Positions 1 through 10,381 of a stretch of DNA of 64,000 nucleotides are shown in pieces (the first letter of the stretch is position 1; every line of letters begins with the position of its first letter). Source of the stretch: a phage. Below the pieces are notes generated by a model. That model was not told the DNA's origin. It saw only the letters and a list, made by a program, of their open reading frames with translations, and made no database searches. The position numbers and the translations under genes are program-made. The DNA is taken from sequence record PZ296772.1. One strand, given 5' to 3'.

Positions 1-2
1 AA

Positions 3-1730
3 GGACGTGGACAGCAGCTTCAAACTCTTCTTGCTCGTTTAGTTTCTACTAAAACCGGTGGTCGTTTTAAAGTATTGTCGGCAATGTATCAATTCACAGG
101 TAAACACACCTATGTGATGATGGTTCGTAAAAATGCCAACATTGAAGATATTAAAGGCATCCCTAACATTAACACAGAGTTGTACACGAAAGTAGATTCT
201 GATGTTGGCGAAGTTTATGTGAGTAAAAAGACCGGTGAAAAGGTCACCAAAGAAACGGCTATCGCTGGTTCTATTGCCGCGGTAGAAGAAAAACGTAAAG
301 ATAAGCCTGTTATTGCTCGCACTAAAATTTCTCGTCGTGCTATTGCAGCAAGTCAATCTTTAGAAGCTGACCGTCAAGAAGGTGAGTTATTCCAGAAATA
401 CGAAAATTCTGCTAAAGAAGTTAGTGGCCCGGCTACAGCCGAATTACTTCCTGAAGCATATGAAATCGTACTAGCCCAAGCATCGTCCACAGCAAAAGGC
501 ACTTTAGTTGCTGATATCGAAAATAAGATTTATAATCGTATTGATGAATCCTTTAAATTTGCCGATGAAGTTTCTTATGGTAGTGTTATTAAGCCGACTT
601 TAGAAAAGTTTGCTAAGAAAATTAAAACCGAAAAAACAACATCTGTTAAAGCATTAGCTGCTTTTGTTGAAGCTGCAAATGAAATTGCAGACTCTATTAA
701 AGACGAATGGTTTGAAGATTTTAGACGTGATAATTTCCAACTGCCTGACGACGTTTTAGCTGAAGTATCTGAAAGAACTTGGAAACAACGTAAATCAGCG
801 TTCTTGTCTAATGTGATGTATACTTATGCACGAGAATCAGCTAGAGGCACCTTTAATATAACAATGAATCGTGACCCTAAACAATACTCTGTTGCTGAAA
901 AACGAGCTATTCGTGAATATGCCTCTTCTGCATATACAGATATCAATAATATGTTGTTAGGTCGTTATAAACCAGATTTTTACGATGTTGCAGATGAAGA
1001 TGAAGTTAAACGCGCTATTGATGGTCTTGATTCGGCGTTTTTAAATGGAGATCGTTTACCTGAAGGTCTAACGTTATATAGAGCTCAGTCTATCAGAATG
1101 CCTATTTACGAAGCAATGGTTAAAAATAAGGTATTCTACTTCAGAAACTATGTTTCCACTTCACTAGCTCCTATTATTTTCGGTGGGTTTAAAGAGAACG
1201 TTGCCCTTGGACTTGCTCCTGAAGAAGTTCGCAAAGAGCTTAACATTGACAATAATGACGAAGGTGTTACTATTTCTCCTAGTCAAGTAAGAACAGCTAT
1301 GCATGCGCCAGAACAAATCCGTGTTAACGTTGGATGGGCTATTGATGGCGCCCATAAAGTTAACGTGATTTATCCAGGACAGTTGAGTAATCACCCTAAT
1401 GAGCAAGAAATTATTTTGCCTAGAGGCATTCTCTTGCAGATAAATAAAATTACAGATGCGTCATCTGACACTGGTGCAGGTTTAGAATCCAACCTTAAAT
1501 TTATTCAAGCTGAAGTCATGTCTTCAGACCAGTTAGATGAAGCTGTCATTTACGATGGTGATGTTCTCATGGAAACAGGCGAGGTGGTCGCTATGACGGG
1601 TGAAATCGAATCTGATGAGCTGGTATCGTTCTCCTCATTTGTAGAAAAAACTAGTGCACCTAAAGGTTTGGAATTGTTAGCATCTTTAATGGATTTAGAA
1701 TCAGTTCCGTTTAAATTTTTCCAAGGATAG
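3..1730 (+). CDS. alt: Alt-like mono-ADP-ribosyltransferase, C-terminal part (5-prime end outside window)
   Basis: Frame open from window edge (no stop between nt 3 and 75); R-S-E ART signature (LYRAQS, YVSTS, NEQEIIL); sits next to gene 54 as in T4. Confidence 0.7.
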   Translation, partial: GRGQQLQTLLARLVSTKTGGRFKVLSAMYQFTGKHTYVMMVRKNANIEDIKGIPNINTELYTKVDSDVGEVYVSKKTGEKVTKETAIAGSIAAVEEKRKDKPVIARTKISRRAIAASQSLEADRQEGELFQKYENSAKEVSGPATAELLPEAYEIVLAQASSTAKGTLVADIENKIYNRIDESFKFADEVSYGSVIKPTLEKFAKKIKTEKTTSVKALAAFVEAANEIADSIKDEWFEDFRRDNFQLPDDVLAEVSERTWKQRKSAFLSNVMYTYARESARGTFNITMNRDPKQYSVAEKRAIREYASSAYTDINNMLLGRYKPDFYDVADEDEVKRAIDGLDSAFLNGDRLPEGLTLYRAQSIRMPIYEAMVKNKVFYFRNYVSTSLAPIIFGGFKENVALGLAPEEVRKELNIDNNDEGVTISPSQVRTAMHAPEQIRVNVGWAIDGAHKVNVIYPGQLSNHPNEQEIILPRGILLQINKITDASSDTGAGLESNLKFIQAEVMSSDQLDEAVIYDGDVLMETGEVVAMTGEIESDELVSFSSFVEKTSAPKGLELLASLMDLESVPFKFFQG

Positions 1731-1759
1731 TTTACAAACACATGGATGTGTGATACTAT
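1730..1759 (+). promoter_or_regulatory. early promoter (sigma70-type)
   Basis: GTTTAC, 18 nt spacer, TACTAT, then CATCCTATCAA start region; same cassette type as 49477-49506. Confidence 0.6.
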
Positions 1760-1788
1760 CATCCTATCAACAACATGAGGAAAACGTT

Positions 1789-2082
1789 ATGAAATCTATG
1801 CTTCGCTTTAATGGTCAAGAACTAGTAGTTGAAGATGTTATCCCAGCGGATGATGTTTTTAACGAAGCTGTGATTGACGAATTGAATCGAGTATTCCCAG
1901 GTGCATTCCATATTGCTATGGAACCTCTTAAAAACTTTCGTGACCCTGAGCACACTGATCAAATTTTTATCGGTGTATTGACAGGACATTTAGAAACAGA
2001 GGTACCAATGGTCGTATTAGTTAAATACTCTAAAGATGATACTCCATTCCGAGCACCAGCATTCCTTTCATTCCGTAAATAA
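1789..2082 (+). CDS. hypothetical small early protein (alt-adjacent)
   Basis: ORF 1750..2082 trimmed to ATG 1789 preceded by GAGG; early promoter upstream, hairpin terminator downstream. Confidence 0.55.
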   Translation: MKSMLRFNGQELVVEDVIPADDVFNEAVIDELNRVFPGAFHIAMEPLKNFRDPEHTDQIFIGVLTGHLETEVPMVVLVKYSKDDTPFRAPAFLSFRK

Positions 2083-2090
2083 ACCCCTAA

Positions 2091-2115
2091 AGGGAGACAA
2101 CGTCTCCCTTTTTCT
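2091..2115. terminator. intrinsic terminator hairpin, likely bidirectional
   Basis: AGGGAGAC-AAC-GTCTCCCT then T run; between convergent ORF 1789..2082 and gene 54. Confidence 0.6.
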
Positions 2116-3077
2116 TATAGTCCTAAAACTCTTGATGTAGAATTCACCACACCTGTCAATGTGTTTATATTAGACACACCTCCGGCGGTCCCACCTAATC
2201 TAGAAAGTCTTGATACTGCACTTCCTAGGCCAGAATCATTCTGATTATTTCCAAACATTCCTGAAACACTACTAATAAGTCCTGATTCCAGCCATTCTAA
2301 AGCAGCCTGTCTATTTACAGCACCTGATTGCATAACGCGATAAGCAAATGTTACGTCAAAAACTGTTATCTGATTATCACCATCATACGTTAACTCAGGA
2401 GAAGAGACACTAACAGGAATACATCCAGTGAACATGACAGCGGTATGTGGTAAACCATTTCGTGCATGTAAATTAACCTGAATATCTGCTTCGACGTCTT
2501 GTGGTAAAGCGCGAAGACCTGTTACAGGGTCTTGGACTGAGTTTACCCAGTCTTGCATTGCTCTAAAGTTAGATGCTTCGGAATCCATTCTAAAGCTTAT
2601 TACTAACGGGTCCATTTCACGGCCGGTAATTCGGATGTTCGGGGAGTTATAGTTGAAATCCGTTTCATACGATAATCGGTTCTCAGGCATTTTTACAGAA
2701 TAAATCATTAAACCTGTATTATTATATGCCATATTGAAGAAGTCTATCAGATAAGCTCCTACTGTGAACTCACCTAACAAGCTTTGTACCGTACGTTGAC
2801 TCATTGCTCCAATCAGATATTTACTTATACCTGATTTTCGAATTAATTTCTGTGTTCCTGCTGTAATCAGGGTTGTTACGCCCTGATTGATATCACCTTG
2901 AGACAATCCTAGCCAATCTGAATCCAACCCTAAGTTATTATAAGCAAAACTACCAATTGACGAAATTAGTGAAGACGATTTGGTTGATGGTGTAGTAGCA
3001 AATACACAACTAAACATATTGTTTCGTTGGAAATCTGCATTTATAGCTTGGTTATTAAATTCTTCTAAAGAGTACAT
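2115..3077 (-). CDS. 54: baseplate tail-tube initiator gp54
   Basis: 320 aa ORF, same length and position as T4 gene 54. Confidence 0.8.
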   Translation of the reverse strand: MYSLEEFNNQAINADFQRNNMFSCVFATTPSTKSSSLISSIGSFAYNNLGLDSDWLGLSQGDINQGVTTLITAGTQKLIRKSGISKYLIGAMSQRTVQSLLGEFTVGAYLIDFFNMAYNNTGLMIYSVKMPENRLSYETDFNYNSPNIRITGREMDPLVISFRMDSEASNFRAMQDWVNSVQDPVTGLRALPQDVEADIQVNLHARNGLPHTAVMFTGCIPVSVSSPELTYDGDNQITVFDVTFAYRVMQSGAVNRQAALEWLESGLISSVSGMFGNNQNDSGLGSAVSRLSRLGGTAGGVSNINTLTGVVNSTSRVLGL

Positions 3078-4186
3078 TAGAAAGTCCCCGCATAAAGTGA
3101 AGAACGGTTTAATGTAATAATTTCTCGCATTGTTATCTCTAACGTAAATGTTGATGGTAAGTTAGGAGCAACAGCAAGACCATTAAATTGTCCATTTGGA
3201 GTTTTATCAAAACGTACGCTTTGAATTTGACATGGGCCAAATACGTCAGTTAATCCATCAAATTTAGACGTATAACCAAAGTTTTTAACCATCCAAATTG
3301 TAGGGTTGCTTACAACTAATACATTTGTTAATGACGCAGTAATCTTTTCAAACAATGTCTTATTTTTTACTGCATCGTCTGGTGTCATAGGCTCAATAAA
3401 CGTTGAACGGTACCATTCGTCTAAATAACTTTTAATCTCTTGGGCGTACTGTGATTTACCGGTCTCACCATATGAGAAATAGTTAAAATACTGGTAAATG
3501 TTTATAATAGCCATAAGGTCTTCAGTTGAACGCGGAGTTAAATCCCATGTAAAGACTTTAGTACGGTTCTCAGCACCGCCATACATACTACGAGAAGTCG
3601 TATAAATCTGTTCGTTATTATCAGCCATAAGCCCTTGAGTAATAGAATCTAATGCACCAAAAACTGCAGTAGAAGCAATGTTACTTAAAACACCTGTAGC
3701 AGTACCTCCACCTTTAGTAATAAGACTATCACCGATATCATTAAAACGATGTGAAGTTGTATCAACGTCAGATTTGGAACGTGGCAAAAGTATATTAGCA
3801 ACAGGAGTTTTATTTATAGTAGGTTTATTAGCTCCGGCAGGAAGCAACCCATTAGAGAATTTAGTCACTGCATCTTTCACATTATCAGTTAAATCTGATA
3901 TGATACCGTTAGATGAAGTGCCGGCGTATGCCGGACGTAAATTCCTGAGGGATCCTGAATCGCGTGCAGACATATTGTACGCGGTAAATAATAATCCATT
4001 CTTATAAAGATCTGTTACCTGGAAGTCTCCTGTGGAGTCATTTCCGGCTGCTCTTCCTGTAGGAAATTGAGCAACATAAGTTTTAGTAGTTGTTTCGGTT
4101 TTAGTGCTTTGCCCAGCACTTTCTGAGACTGGGATTGCTTTATTTAAATCCTTTGCATCTACTACTATTTCTTTTACACTAATCAT
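3077..4186 (-). CDS. 48: baseplate tail-tube junction protein gp48
   Basis: 369 aa ORF in T4 position of gene 48 (T4 about 364 aa). Confidence 0.8.
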   Translation of the reverse strand: MISVKEIVVDAKDLNKAIPVSESAGQSTKTETTTKTYVAQFPTGRAAGNDSTGDFQVTDLYKNGLLFTAYNMSARDSGSLRNLRPAYAGTSSNGIISDLTDNVKDAVTKFSNGLLPAGANKPTINKTPVANILLPRSKSDVDTTSHRFNDIGDSLITKGGGTATGVLSNIASTAVFGALDSITQGLMADNNEQIYTTSRSMYGGAENRTKVFTWDLTPRSTEDLMAIINIYQYFNYFSYGETGKSQYAQEIKSYLDEWYRSTFIEPMTPDDAVKNKTLFEKITASLTNVLVVSNPTIWMVKNFGYTSKFDGLTDVFGPCQIQSVRFDKTPNGQFNGLAVAPNLPSTFTLEITMREIITLNRSSLYAGTF

Positions 4187-4194
4187 AATAATCC

Positions 4195-5967
4195 TTAATT
4201 AACACCGGTGGCATGGAAAATTCCAGGAGCCGTTGTACTTGTTACAGGGGTCATATTCTGGACTACGGTATTCTTTTTGACGACATTATTTGTGTTACTA
4301 ATCGCCGCTACCGGTTGCTGTTGTTTAGATTCAGAAGCACGTCCTTTCTCTATTGACTGAACTTGTTTTGCTTCAGGAGATTTAGTCGAAGATTCAGGCT
4401 TAACTGTTGTCTGAGCCTTTTTGGCTTCAGCCATTTTATTATTTAGCTTTTCAAATCTAGCATCTAATTCCTTTTTAACAACAGGAGTTTTATTAAGTTC
4501 AGGGTCTTTAATAAGTTTACTTAAATCAGCATAAGACTTCTCGACGTTTTTAGCATTTTCCGGATTAGTCATATCGATTTTATCGATATAATCCTCAAAT
4601 CTAACTAGTGCCGCACGAGTTTCATTAGCTTTTATATATGCCTCTTTACGCTCCTCTTCAGGTAACTCTTTTAATTTTGCCGATTCCGCAGCACGTTCAT
4701 CGCTTGTACTAAACTCTTCTTTATTGTCATTACCACGAACCCAGTTAGTAACAAATGTTTTGCCGCGTTGTAACATATCAAGACCTTTAGAAACGGTTCC
4801 TAATTCCCCGTCGTCACGCTTCATTTGATATTTAGCGACTTTCTCTTGGTCTTCTTTCTTTAATTTGTTCCCGGTAGTTTCTTGGAATCCTTCCAAAGCA
4901 CGTCCTTCTATTTCGTCCGCGGTATCACCAAAACCTATAGCACGCAATATAGACGCAGAGAGTTTAGCCATTCCTAATTGAATTAGTTCACCTAAGTTCA
5001 TTAATGCTGTTCCTACACCTTTGACAATAGCAACGGTTAAACCACCCCAGTCTCCAGCTTCCCACAATTGTTTTATCGAGTCAATAGAAGTGAATATATC
5101 ACTTAAGAATTTACCCCACTCTTTAGCTTCATCAGAGAATTTAGTAAAGTTTTCATCAAATAAATCCCAGGCAGAAGTGAACTTGTCTGTCCAATATTTG
5201 AAATGGACTATCAATAAATCAATACCGATAACAATACCAAGAATAAGTGCGGCCATTTTTGCTGCTTCAATAGCAGCTGTTATAGTGTATTTGAAAAGCA
5301 TTCCAGCAATTCTGTCTGAAATTGATATTGATTTATTAAACCCGGTTTGAACCGTTTTGGTGAGCATTGCAATTTTATCGCTCAATTTAAAGCTAATCCC
5401 GCCTTTAGAATCGGAAGTAGAATTAGCGCTTTCTTGAACTGGCGCTGGGAAGAAATCTTCGTCTGGCTTATTATCAATCTTTTCAGGTGTAGGTAATGCT
5501 TTAAACAGCTCATCAGAAGTTTCATTCTCAACCACTTTAACAGGTATTGCGTTCTCAATTACTTCAAGAGAGGTGCCTCCTGTATTTTGAATAGCGGTAG
5601 ATGTTTGTAATTTTTGCTCTAATAATGTAGCTAATCGGTCTAACTTAGAGCTTATTGCACTAGAAACTTCGTTTATACTTTTAGTGACTTCAGTTTGTTT
5701 TTCAATAACCTCTGCGATAAGCTCTGTGCCTTCAGCAGTATTATCTGTCGAATTCTTTAAGTCTCCAATTGATTCAATAATTCCATTGCCTTTATCTTCT
5801 ACACTTTGTGATGTGAGTTCAGACGCGGCTTGGACATCGTCTAGTTTTGATGAAATGTTATTCAATGCTTCTAATGAATCAGTAGCTGCTGTTGCAGCTA
5901 CTTTTTGTGGTTTATTATCGGCAATGACCTTATTTCTACGCATGGATTTCATTTCTTCAGGTTTCAT
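4195..5967 (-). CDS. 29: baseplate hub subunit and tail length determinator gp29
   Basis: 590 aa, same length as T4 gp29; synteny. Confidence 0.8.
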   Translation of the reverse strand: MKPEEMKSMRRNKVIADNKPQKVAATAATDSLEALNNISSKLDDVQAASELTSQSVEDKGNGIIESIGDLKNSTDNTAEGTELIAEVIEKQTEVTKSINEVSSAISSKLDRLATLLEQKLQTSTAIQNTGGTSLEVIENAIPVKVVENETSDELFKALPTPEKIDNKPDEDFFPAPVQESANSTSDSKGGISFKLSDKIAMLTKTVQTGFNKSISISDRIAGMLFKYTITAAIEAAKMAALILGIVIGIDLLIVHFKYWTDKFTSAWDLFDENFTKFSDEAKEWGKFLSDIFTSIDSIKQLWEAGDWGGLTVAIVKGVGTALMNLGELIQLGMAKLSASILRAIGFGDTADEIEGRALEGFQETTGNKLKKEDQEKVAKYQMKRDDGELGTVSKGLDMLQRGKTFVTNWVRGNDNKEEFSTSDERAAESAKLKELPEEERKEAYIKANETRAALVRFEDYIDKIDMTNPENAKNVEKSYADLSKLIKDPELNKTPVVKKELDARFEKLNNKMAEAKKAQTTVKPESSTKSPEAKQVQSIEKGRASESKQQQPVAAISNTNNVVKKNTVVQNMTPVTSTTAPGIFHATGVN

Positions 5968-6497
5968 TCAAGCAATCCAATAATTTCTGCTATACCCTTA
6001 ATAGGGCCATTAGGGCCTGGAATAGCAATAGTTGTCGAAAGGTCTTCTGCCCATTTGATTACAAAAGCAGGCATCTCAAGGAAAGAAATTTCTTTCTCTT
6101 CGTCATTAACTTTTATTAAGCAATTTGATAGCATTTCACTGATTGTAGCGAATTGTTCAAATTTGCCTGGGGGTCTAAAATAAAAAGTATTACCTTGAAA
6201 TTGGAATTCTGTTCGTTGGCATACATAGACGTCATCTAGTTTATAAGTGAATCCATCTTTTTCAACTTCAGACTTAAGTTTGTTATTAAATTCCAATATG
6301 TGTAGACATGCAAAATCAAAATCTGCAGGACTCATATTTTTACAAATAGAATCAGCTAAGATTTTCATGTTTTCGTCAGGACCTTTAACGTCCTTTAAAA
6401 GATTATAATGTTTGAGCCCTAATTTAGGAATCATTACCTTTTTATTAGACTGTGGTAGAATTATTTTCTTTAGAGGTAGAATCAGATTTAAGTTCAT
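5964..6497 (-). CDS. 28: baseplate hub distal subunit gp28
   Basis: 177 aa as in T4; synteny; start overlaps 3-prime end of gene 27 by about 53 nt, start codon not certain. Confidence 0.75.
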   Translation of the reverse strand: MNLNLILPLKKIILPQSNKKVMIPKLGLKHYNLLKDVKGPDENMKILADSICKNMSPADFDFACLHILEFNNKLKSEVEKDGFTYKLDDVYVCQRTEFQFQGNTFYFRPPGKFEQFATISEMLSNCLIKVNDEEKEISFLEMPAFVIKWAEDLSTTIAIPGPNGPIKGIAEIIGLLE

Positions 6498-7617
6498 TTT
6501 TAACCTTAACTGGGTTAACAGGTTCTAACACCATTGAGTTGGTAAACATGTACAGATGAGTTTGTGAGTTATTATTTGATAACTCATGAATAACTTCATC
6601 GACGTAAAATTCGGATTTGAATTGGTTCTTTTGGTCAACAAATATAATTTTAGTAGCAGGCGTTATGTTAAAATTACCTGTAGTAGTGCATTTAGCATAT
6701 CCATCATATTGAGCCATTGTCTGAAGACGACTTGCTTCTTCAAATCCATTACGATAGGTCATTTCAGAATATCCACCTGATCTTGACACAAGAATAGCAT
6801 TATCACCATCGCCTGTAACAATAACCGGAATAGATGTATCTAAAAATGAATGAGCGAATATCGTGGCGTTTTTAATAGGGTCTCTTGTAAATTGGTTAGC
6901 TTTAGTCATCCAGGTGAAATCCCATACTAATGGATACTCAAGCTCTTGAATATACTGACCTACAGTATTTGGCTCGCCTACAATCATCTTAATGCCTTCC
7001 TGACCAATAAGAGTATCATAGTCAATCATGTTTACGCCTAAAATATCTTGCCATACGAATACAAACTTATCACTCGCTGTAGCAAGTCCTAATTCTCTGA
7101 CATATGCCAAATAATCATCAAATGTGCTTGTCCAAGGAATATCAGGAACATAAGCATTAATAGTGTTTATTGGCGGAGTAATTAACGTACGGTCTTTATA
7201 TATGACACCTAACATTTCACGTATAGATTCTCCTGCGTCTGAGAAGAATGGTCGCCCAAATTTAAGGTTCTCTATAGAATGTATTGTTCCAAGCTCAATT
7301 GCAATAATATTGTCACCTTTTGAGTCCACAGACACAGAATAATGCCTACATCCGTAAATTCGAGTTCTAACTTGGAGAGGTGTGTTTGAATTTGAAACAG
7401 AGATTTGGACTATCTGTCTACCATCCATTTTAGTGTGGATGTTTTTAGTGTCATAAAATTGAAGAATCCCTTCATTTCTTCCATATAGCGAATCTCGCAT
7501 GGTTAAAGTTGTTATTGTTGCTGCGAGTTCAACGTATCTATTTTCTTGCCAAGCCGAATAATCTTGATATAATTTAACGCTTAAGTTAGGATATCCTGGA
7601 CGTTGGAATACTGTCAT
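6445..7617 (-). CDS. 27: baseplate hub subunit gp27
   Basis: 390 aa (T4 391); synteny. Confidence 0.8.
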   Translation of the reverse strand: MTVFQRPGYPNLSVKLYQDYSAWQENRYVELAATITTLTMRDSLYGRNEGILQFYDTKNIHTKMDGRQIVQISVSNSNTPLQVRTRIYGCRHYSVSVDSKGDNIIAIELGTIHSIENLKFGRPFFSDAGESIREMLGVIYKDRTLITPPINTINAYVPDIPWTSTFDDYLAYVRELGLATASDKFVFVWQDILGVNMIDYDTLIGQEGIKMIVGEPNTVGQYIQELEYPLVWDFTWMTKANQFTRDPIKNATIFAHSFLDTSIPVIVTGDGDNAILVSRSGGYSEMTYRNGFEEASRLQTMAQYDGYAKCTTTGNFNITPATKIIFVDQKNQFKSEFYVDEVIHELSNNNSQTHLYMFTNSMVLEPVNPVKVKNELKSDSTSKENNSTTV

Positions 7618-8366
7618 TTTTTATGGTCCTTTTCTACTAATGTTAAAGCAATACCACGTTCAACAGGAATCATTTGCATAATAGAATCCAATGTGTATTG
7701 ACTCTTTACAAGTGAATGGTTTATCTGATAGAATGTAAAAATCTCATCAGGGTTAACTAACAATTTAAAAACCTCTAAGATATCAGTATATGTTTTAACA
7801 TGTCGTTCACAACAACCTAATCTAAGGGTCAAATTAATAGGATTCATAGAAGCAATAACCTTCTCAAGAGAGTCAATATCTATTGCTTCTATTACTTGGA
7901 TCTGGTTCTCTTCAGTCAAATCATTCCATGGGTACCATTCATCATTATAATATATTTCTTTTATGTTTTCACTTATCATTAATGCTTTATTGTCATAAAA
8001 CTTTTCAGGGAAAGAAAAACGTATTTTTATACCAGCAACATCAAGTTCAGGTTCGACTAGTTCTTTTTGATATATCTCAAATGGTGCAGTTTTTTCTTTA
8101 GAGCATTTAGGGCAAGTGAAAATAACGGGAACTTTTGTTTTGCCTATAGAGCCTGCAAAAACTTGCAGGAATATAAATGGTTGCCATGTTTTAGGGTACT
8201 CGCCAAAATAATCATCAATCAGATCGGCAATTATTTCTTTTTGTTCTTGCGGCGAACGATGTTCGATATCATTTCTAACTAGTAAAAAGTCTCTATAATC
8301 CGCCACAGTGAACGGCTTAAAACGATGAACACCATCCGGTAATTTACAACGAATTATATTAGCCAT
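7614..8366 (-). CDS. 51: baseplate hub assembly catalyst gp51
   Basis: 250 aa (T4 249); synteny; late promoter motif just upstream. Confidence 0.8.
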   Translation of the reverse strand: MANIIRCKLPDGVHRFKPFTVADYRDFLLVRNDIEHRSPQEQKEIIADLIDDYFGEYPKTWQPFIFLQVFAGSIGKTKVPVIFTCPKCSKEKTAPFEIYQKELVEPELDVAGIKIRFSFPEKFYDNKALMISENIKEIYYNDEWYPWNDLTEENQIQVIEAIDIDSLEKVIASMNPINLTLRLGCCERHVKTYTDILEVFKLLVNPDEIFTFYQINHSLVKSQYTLDSIMQMIPVERGIALTLVEKDHKK

Positions 8367-8383
8367 AATTACTCCTTTTCTAT

Positions 8384-8391
8384 TATTTATA
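8384..8391 (-). promoter_or_regulatory. late promoter (TATAAATA) for gene 51
   Basis: Reverse complement of TATTTATA, about 19 nt upstream of gene 51 start. Confidence 0.6.
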
Positions 8392-8395
8392 AATA
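8388..8395 (+). promoter_or_regulatory. late promoter (TATAAATA) for gene 26
   Basis: TATAAATA about 19 nt upstream of gene 26 ATG; overlaps the divergent gene 51 motif. Confidence 0.6.
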
Positions 8396-8413
8396 CACAA
8401 TAAAGGAGTTAAC

Positions 8414-9040
8414 ATGTACAAATATACGTTTACCGTACGTTTAGGCGATAAAGAAGTGAATTGCAGAGCCTTTACTTTAAAAGAATATTTAGGACTCATT
8501 GGTGCGCGGGCTACCGGTACTATTGAATCAGCAGTGAACAATATTATCACTAATTGCTCTAACGCTAAAAACTTGACTAAACAAGAAGCTGAGCTATTGT
8601 TGGTAAATCTGTGGGCACATTCGTTAGGTGAAGTGAATCAAGAACACACCTGGAATTGTTCCTGTGGGCATTCATTTCAAGTCTATATGAATTTATTGCA
8701 CACTCAATTGGATGAACAGGCCGATCCCTGGTATTCGTTTAGTGGTATTAAAATTAAGTTCCGTCAACCTAAATTATTTGACGATAAAAATATCGCATTA
8801 ATGATTGCTTCATGTATTGAGGCCGTTTTTGTCAATGGAGAGTCCATCCCTGTTGAAGATTTAACTGAAGCAGAAATAAACGACCTTTACGGCCTTATAA
8901 CAGAAGATGACATGATCAATATTAAAAATCTTTTAGTATCGCCATCAATTTATCTGGCAACCCCTATTAAATGTCCCAAATGTGGGGCGTCACACGTTCA
9001 CACAATACGAGGCCTCAAAGAATTCTTTGAGTTACTATAA
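8414..9040 (+). CDS. 26: baseplate hub subunit gp26
   Basis: 208 aa as in T4; AAAGGAG SD; late promoter TATAAATA upstream. Confidence 0.8.
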   Translation: MYKYTFTVRLGDKEVNCRAFTLKEYLGLIGARATGTIESAVNNIITNCSNAKNLTKQEAELLLVNLWAHSLGEVNQEHTWNCSCGHSFQVYMNLLHTQLDEQADPWYSFSGIKIKFRQPKLFDDKNIALMIASCIEAVFVNGESIPVEDLTEAEINDLYGLITEDDMINIKNLLVSPSIYLATPIKCPKCGASHVHTIRGLKEFFELL

Positions 9041-9438
9041 TGTCTAATATCAATAAACTTTATTCAGATATCGACCCAGAAATGCGTATGGATTGGAACA
9101 AGGACGTTGCTCGTTCTGTAGGACTTCGTTCTATTAAAAATAGTCTTCTTGGCATAGTGACAACTAGAAAAGGCTCACGCCCCTTCGACCCTGAATTTGG
9201 ATGCGATTTGGTCGACGAACTTTTCGAGAACATGACACCACTTACAGCCGATACGATTGAGCGTAATATCCAGGCAGCTGTTCGTAACTATGAGCCACGC
9301 ATCGACAAACTTTCTGTAAGTGTAACGCCAGTATATGATGACTATACTGTTATAGTAGAGATTAGATTTTCGGTCGTAGACAACCCTGACGATATTGAAC
9401 AAATTAAACTTCAGTTAGCGTCAAGCAATAGAGTGTAA
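9040..9438 (+). CDS. 25: baseplate wedge subunit gp25
   Basis: 132 aa as in T4; ATG overlaps gene 26 stop (ATAATG). Confidence 0.85.
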   Translation: MSNINKLYSDIDPEMRMDWNKDVARSVGLRSIKNSLLGIVTTRKGSRPFDPEFGCDLVDELFENMTPLTADTIERNIQAAVRNYEPRIDKLSVSVTPVYDDYTVIVEIRFSVVDNPDDIEQIKLQLASSNRV

Positions 9439-9463
9439 TGCTTCAAGGCAACCTATGTATAAT
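9436..9463 (+). promoter_or_regulatory. middle promoter (MotA box + -10) for uvsY
   Basis: aaTGCTTCA MotA box 9437-9445 and TATAAT 9458-9463, spacing typical for T4 middle promoters. Confidence 0.65.
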
Positions 9464-9518
9464 GGTTTTAGGTCCTTCCGATACAGCCGGGAGATTATTA
9501 GTTAAAAGAGAGAACATT

Positions 9519-9932
9519 ATGAAGCTGGAAGATTTACAGGAAGAGTTAGACGCAGACTTAGCTATTGATATGACAAAGTTGCAATATGAGACGGCGAATA
9601 ATGTTAAGTTATACAGCAAATGGCTACGTAAGCACTCATTTATTCGTAAAGAAATGTTGCGTATAGAGACTCAGAAGAAAACTGCTCTAAAAGCAAGATT
9701 AGACTACTACTCGGGACGAGGTGACGGTGATGAATTCAGTATGGACCGATACGAGAAATCTGAAATGAAAACTGTCTTGGCCGCAGATAAAGATGTGCTT
9801 AAAATAGAGACTACTTTACAATACTGGGGAATTTTACTTGAGTTCTGTAGTGGTGCACTTGACGCAGTCAAGTCTCGTAGTTTTGCACTTAAACATATCC
9901 AGGATATGCGAGAATTTGAAGCGGGGCAATAA
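9519..9932 (+). CDS. uvsY: recombination mediator UvsY
   Basis: ORF 9438..9932 trimmed to MKLEDLQEEL; 137 aa; matches remembered T4 UvsY; MotA-type middle promoter upstream. Confidence 0.9.
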   Translation: MKLEDLQEELDADLAIDMTKLQYETANNVKLYSKWLRKHSFIRKEMLRIETQKKTALKARLDYYSGRGDGDEFSMDRYEKSEMKTVLAADKDVLKIETTLQYWGILLEFCSGALDAVKSRSFALKHIQDMREFEAGQ

Positions 9933-10156
9933 TGCGTTATTCAATTGAAGATGCCTTTAATAATGATGAAGAATTTGAAACCGAAATTAAATTCTTAATG
10001 GAAAAGTATCGTCTACGTCGCCAGGACATTCGTATTCTGGCAGACCATCCTTGTGGCGAAGACGTCCTTTATATTAAAGGGAAGTTTGCTGGGTACATCG
10101 ACGAGTATTTTTATACAAAAGATATGGGTATCGATATGTGCATGCGAGTGATATAA
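9932..10156 (+). CDS. hypothetical protein (uvsY.-1-like)
   Basis: 74 aa ORF immediately after uvsY, as in T4. Confidence 0.6.
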   Translation: MRYSIEDAFNNDEEFETEIKFLMEKYRLRRQDIRILADHPCGEDVLYIKGKFAGYIDEYFYTKDMGIDMCMRVI

Positions 10157-10159
10157 ATA
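10152..10159 (+). promoter_or_regulatory. late promoter motif
   Basis: TATAAATA 30 nt upstream of the uvsY.-2-like ORF. Confidence 0.5.
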
Positions 10160-10188
10160 GATATGTAATTTCAACTTAGGAGGCAATC

Positions 10189-10356
10189 ATGTCAGATAAG
10201 ATTTGTGTTGTCTGTAAAACTCCAATCGATTCTGCATTGGTTGTTGAAACAGACAAAGGACCAGCACATCCTGGTCCTTGTTATAATTATGTCCAACAAA
10301 TGCCGGTTTCAGAAAGTTCAGAAGAGCAATTGAACGAAACCCAACTTTTACTATAG
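10189..10356 (+). CDS. hypothetical small Cys-containing protein (uvsY.-2-like)
   Basis: 55-codon ORF not in track (under 60 aa); AGGAGG SD; TATAAATA at 10152-10159; CVVC and HPGPC motifs. Confidence 0.55.
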   Translation: MSDKICVVCKTPIDSALVVETDKGPAHPGPCYNYVQQMPVSESSEEQLNETQLLL

Positions 10357-10381
10357 TGTTACCTTTTTTGCCTATGGTTTT

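Noticed and set aside
39-356. Antisense or out-of-frame ORFs inside the long structural genes (for example 39..356, 3678..4007, 5021..5350, 18435..19019, 19335..19679, 31296..31664, 44262..44594)
   Set aside because: They lie wholly within well-supported genes on the opposite strand or in another frame, lack ribosome sites, and have low-complexity translations typical of shadow ORFs.
5964-6497. The 53 nt overlap between genes 27 and 28 as a programmed frameshift or fusion
   Set aside because: Both ORFs have the lengths expected for the T4 proteins; the overlap is more simply explained by uncertainty about the gene 28 start codon.
8397-8416. The 17 nt identity ATAAAGGAGTTAACATG upstream of gene 26 and again at 54665-54684 as a mobile element
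   Set aside because: It is only a strong ribosome site plus start codon; too short to indicate more than convergent or recombined translation signals.
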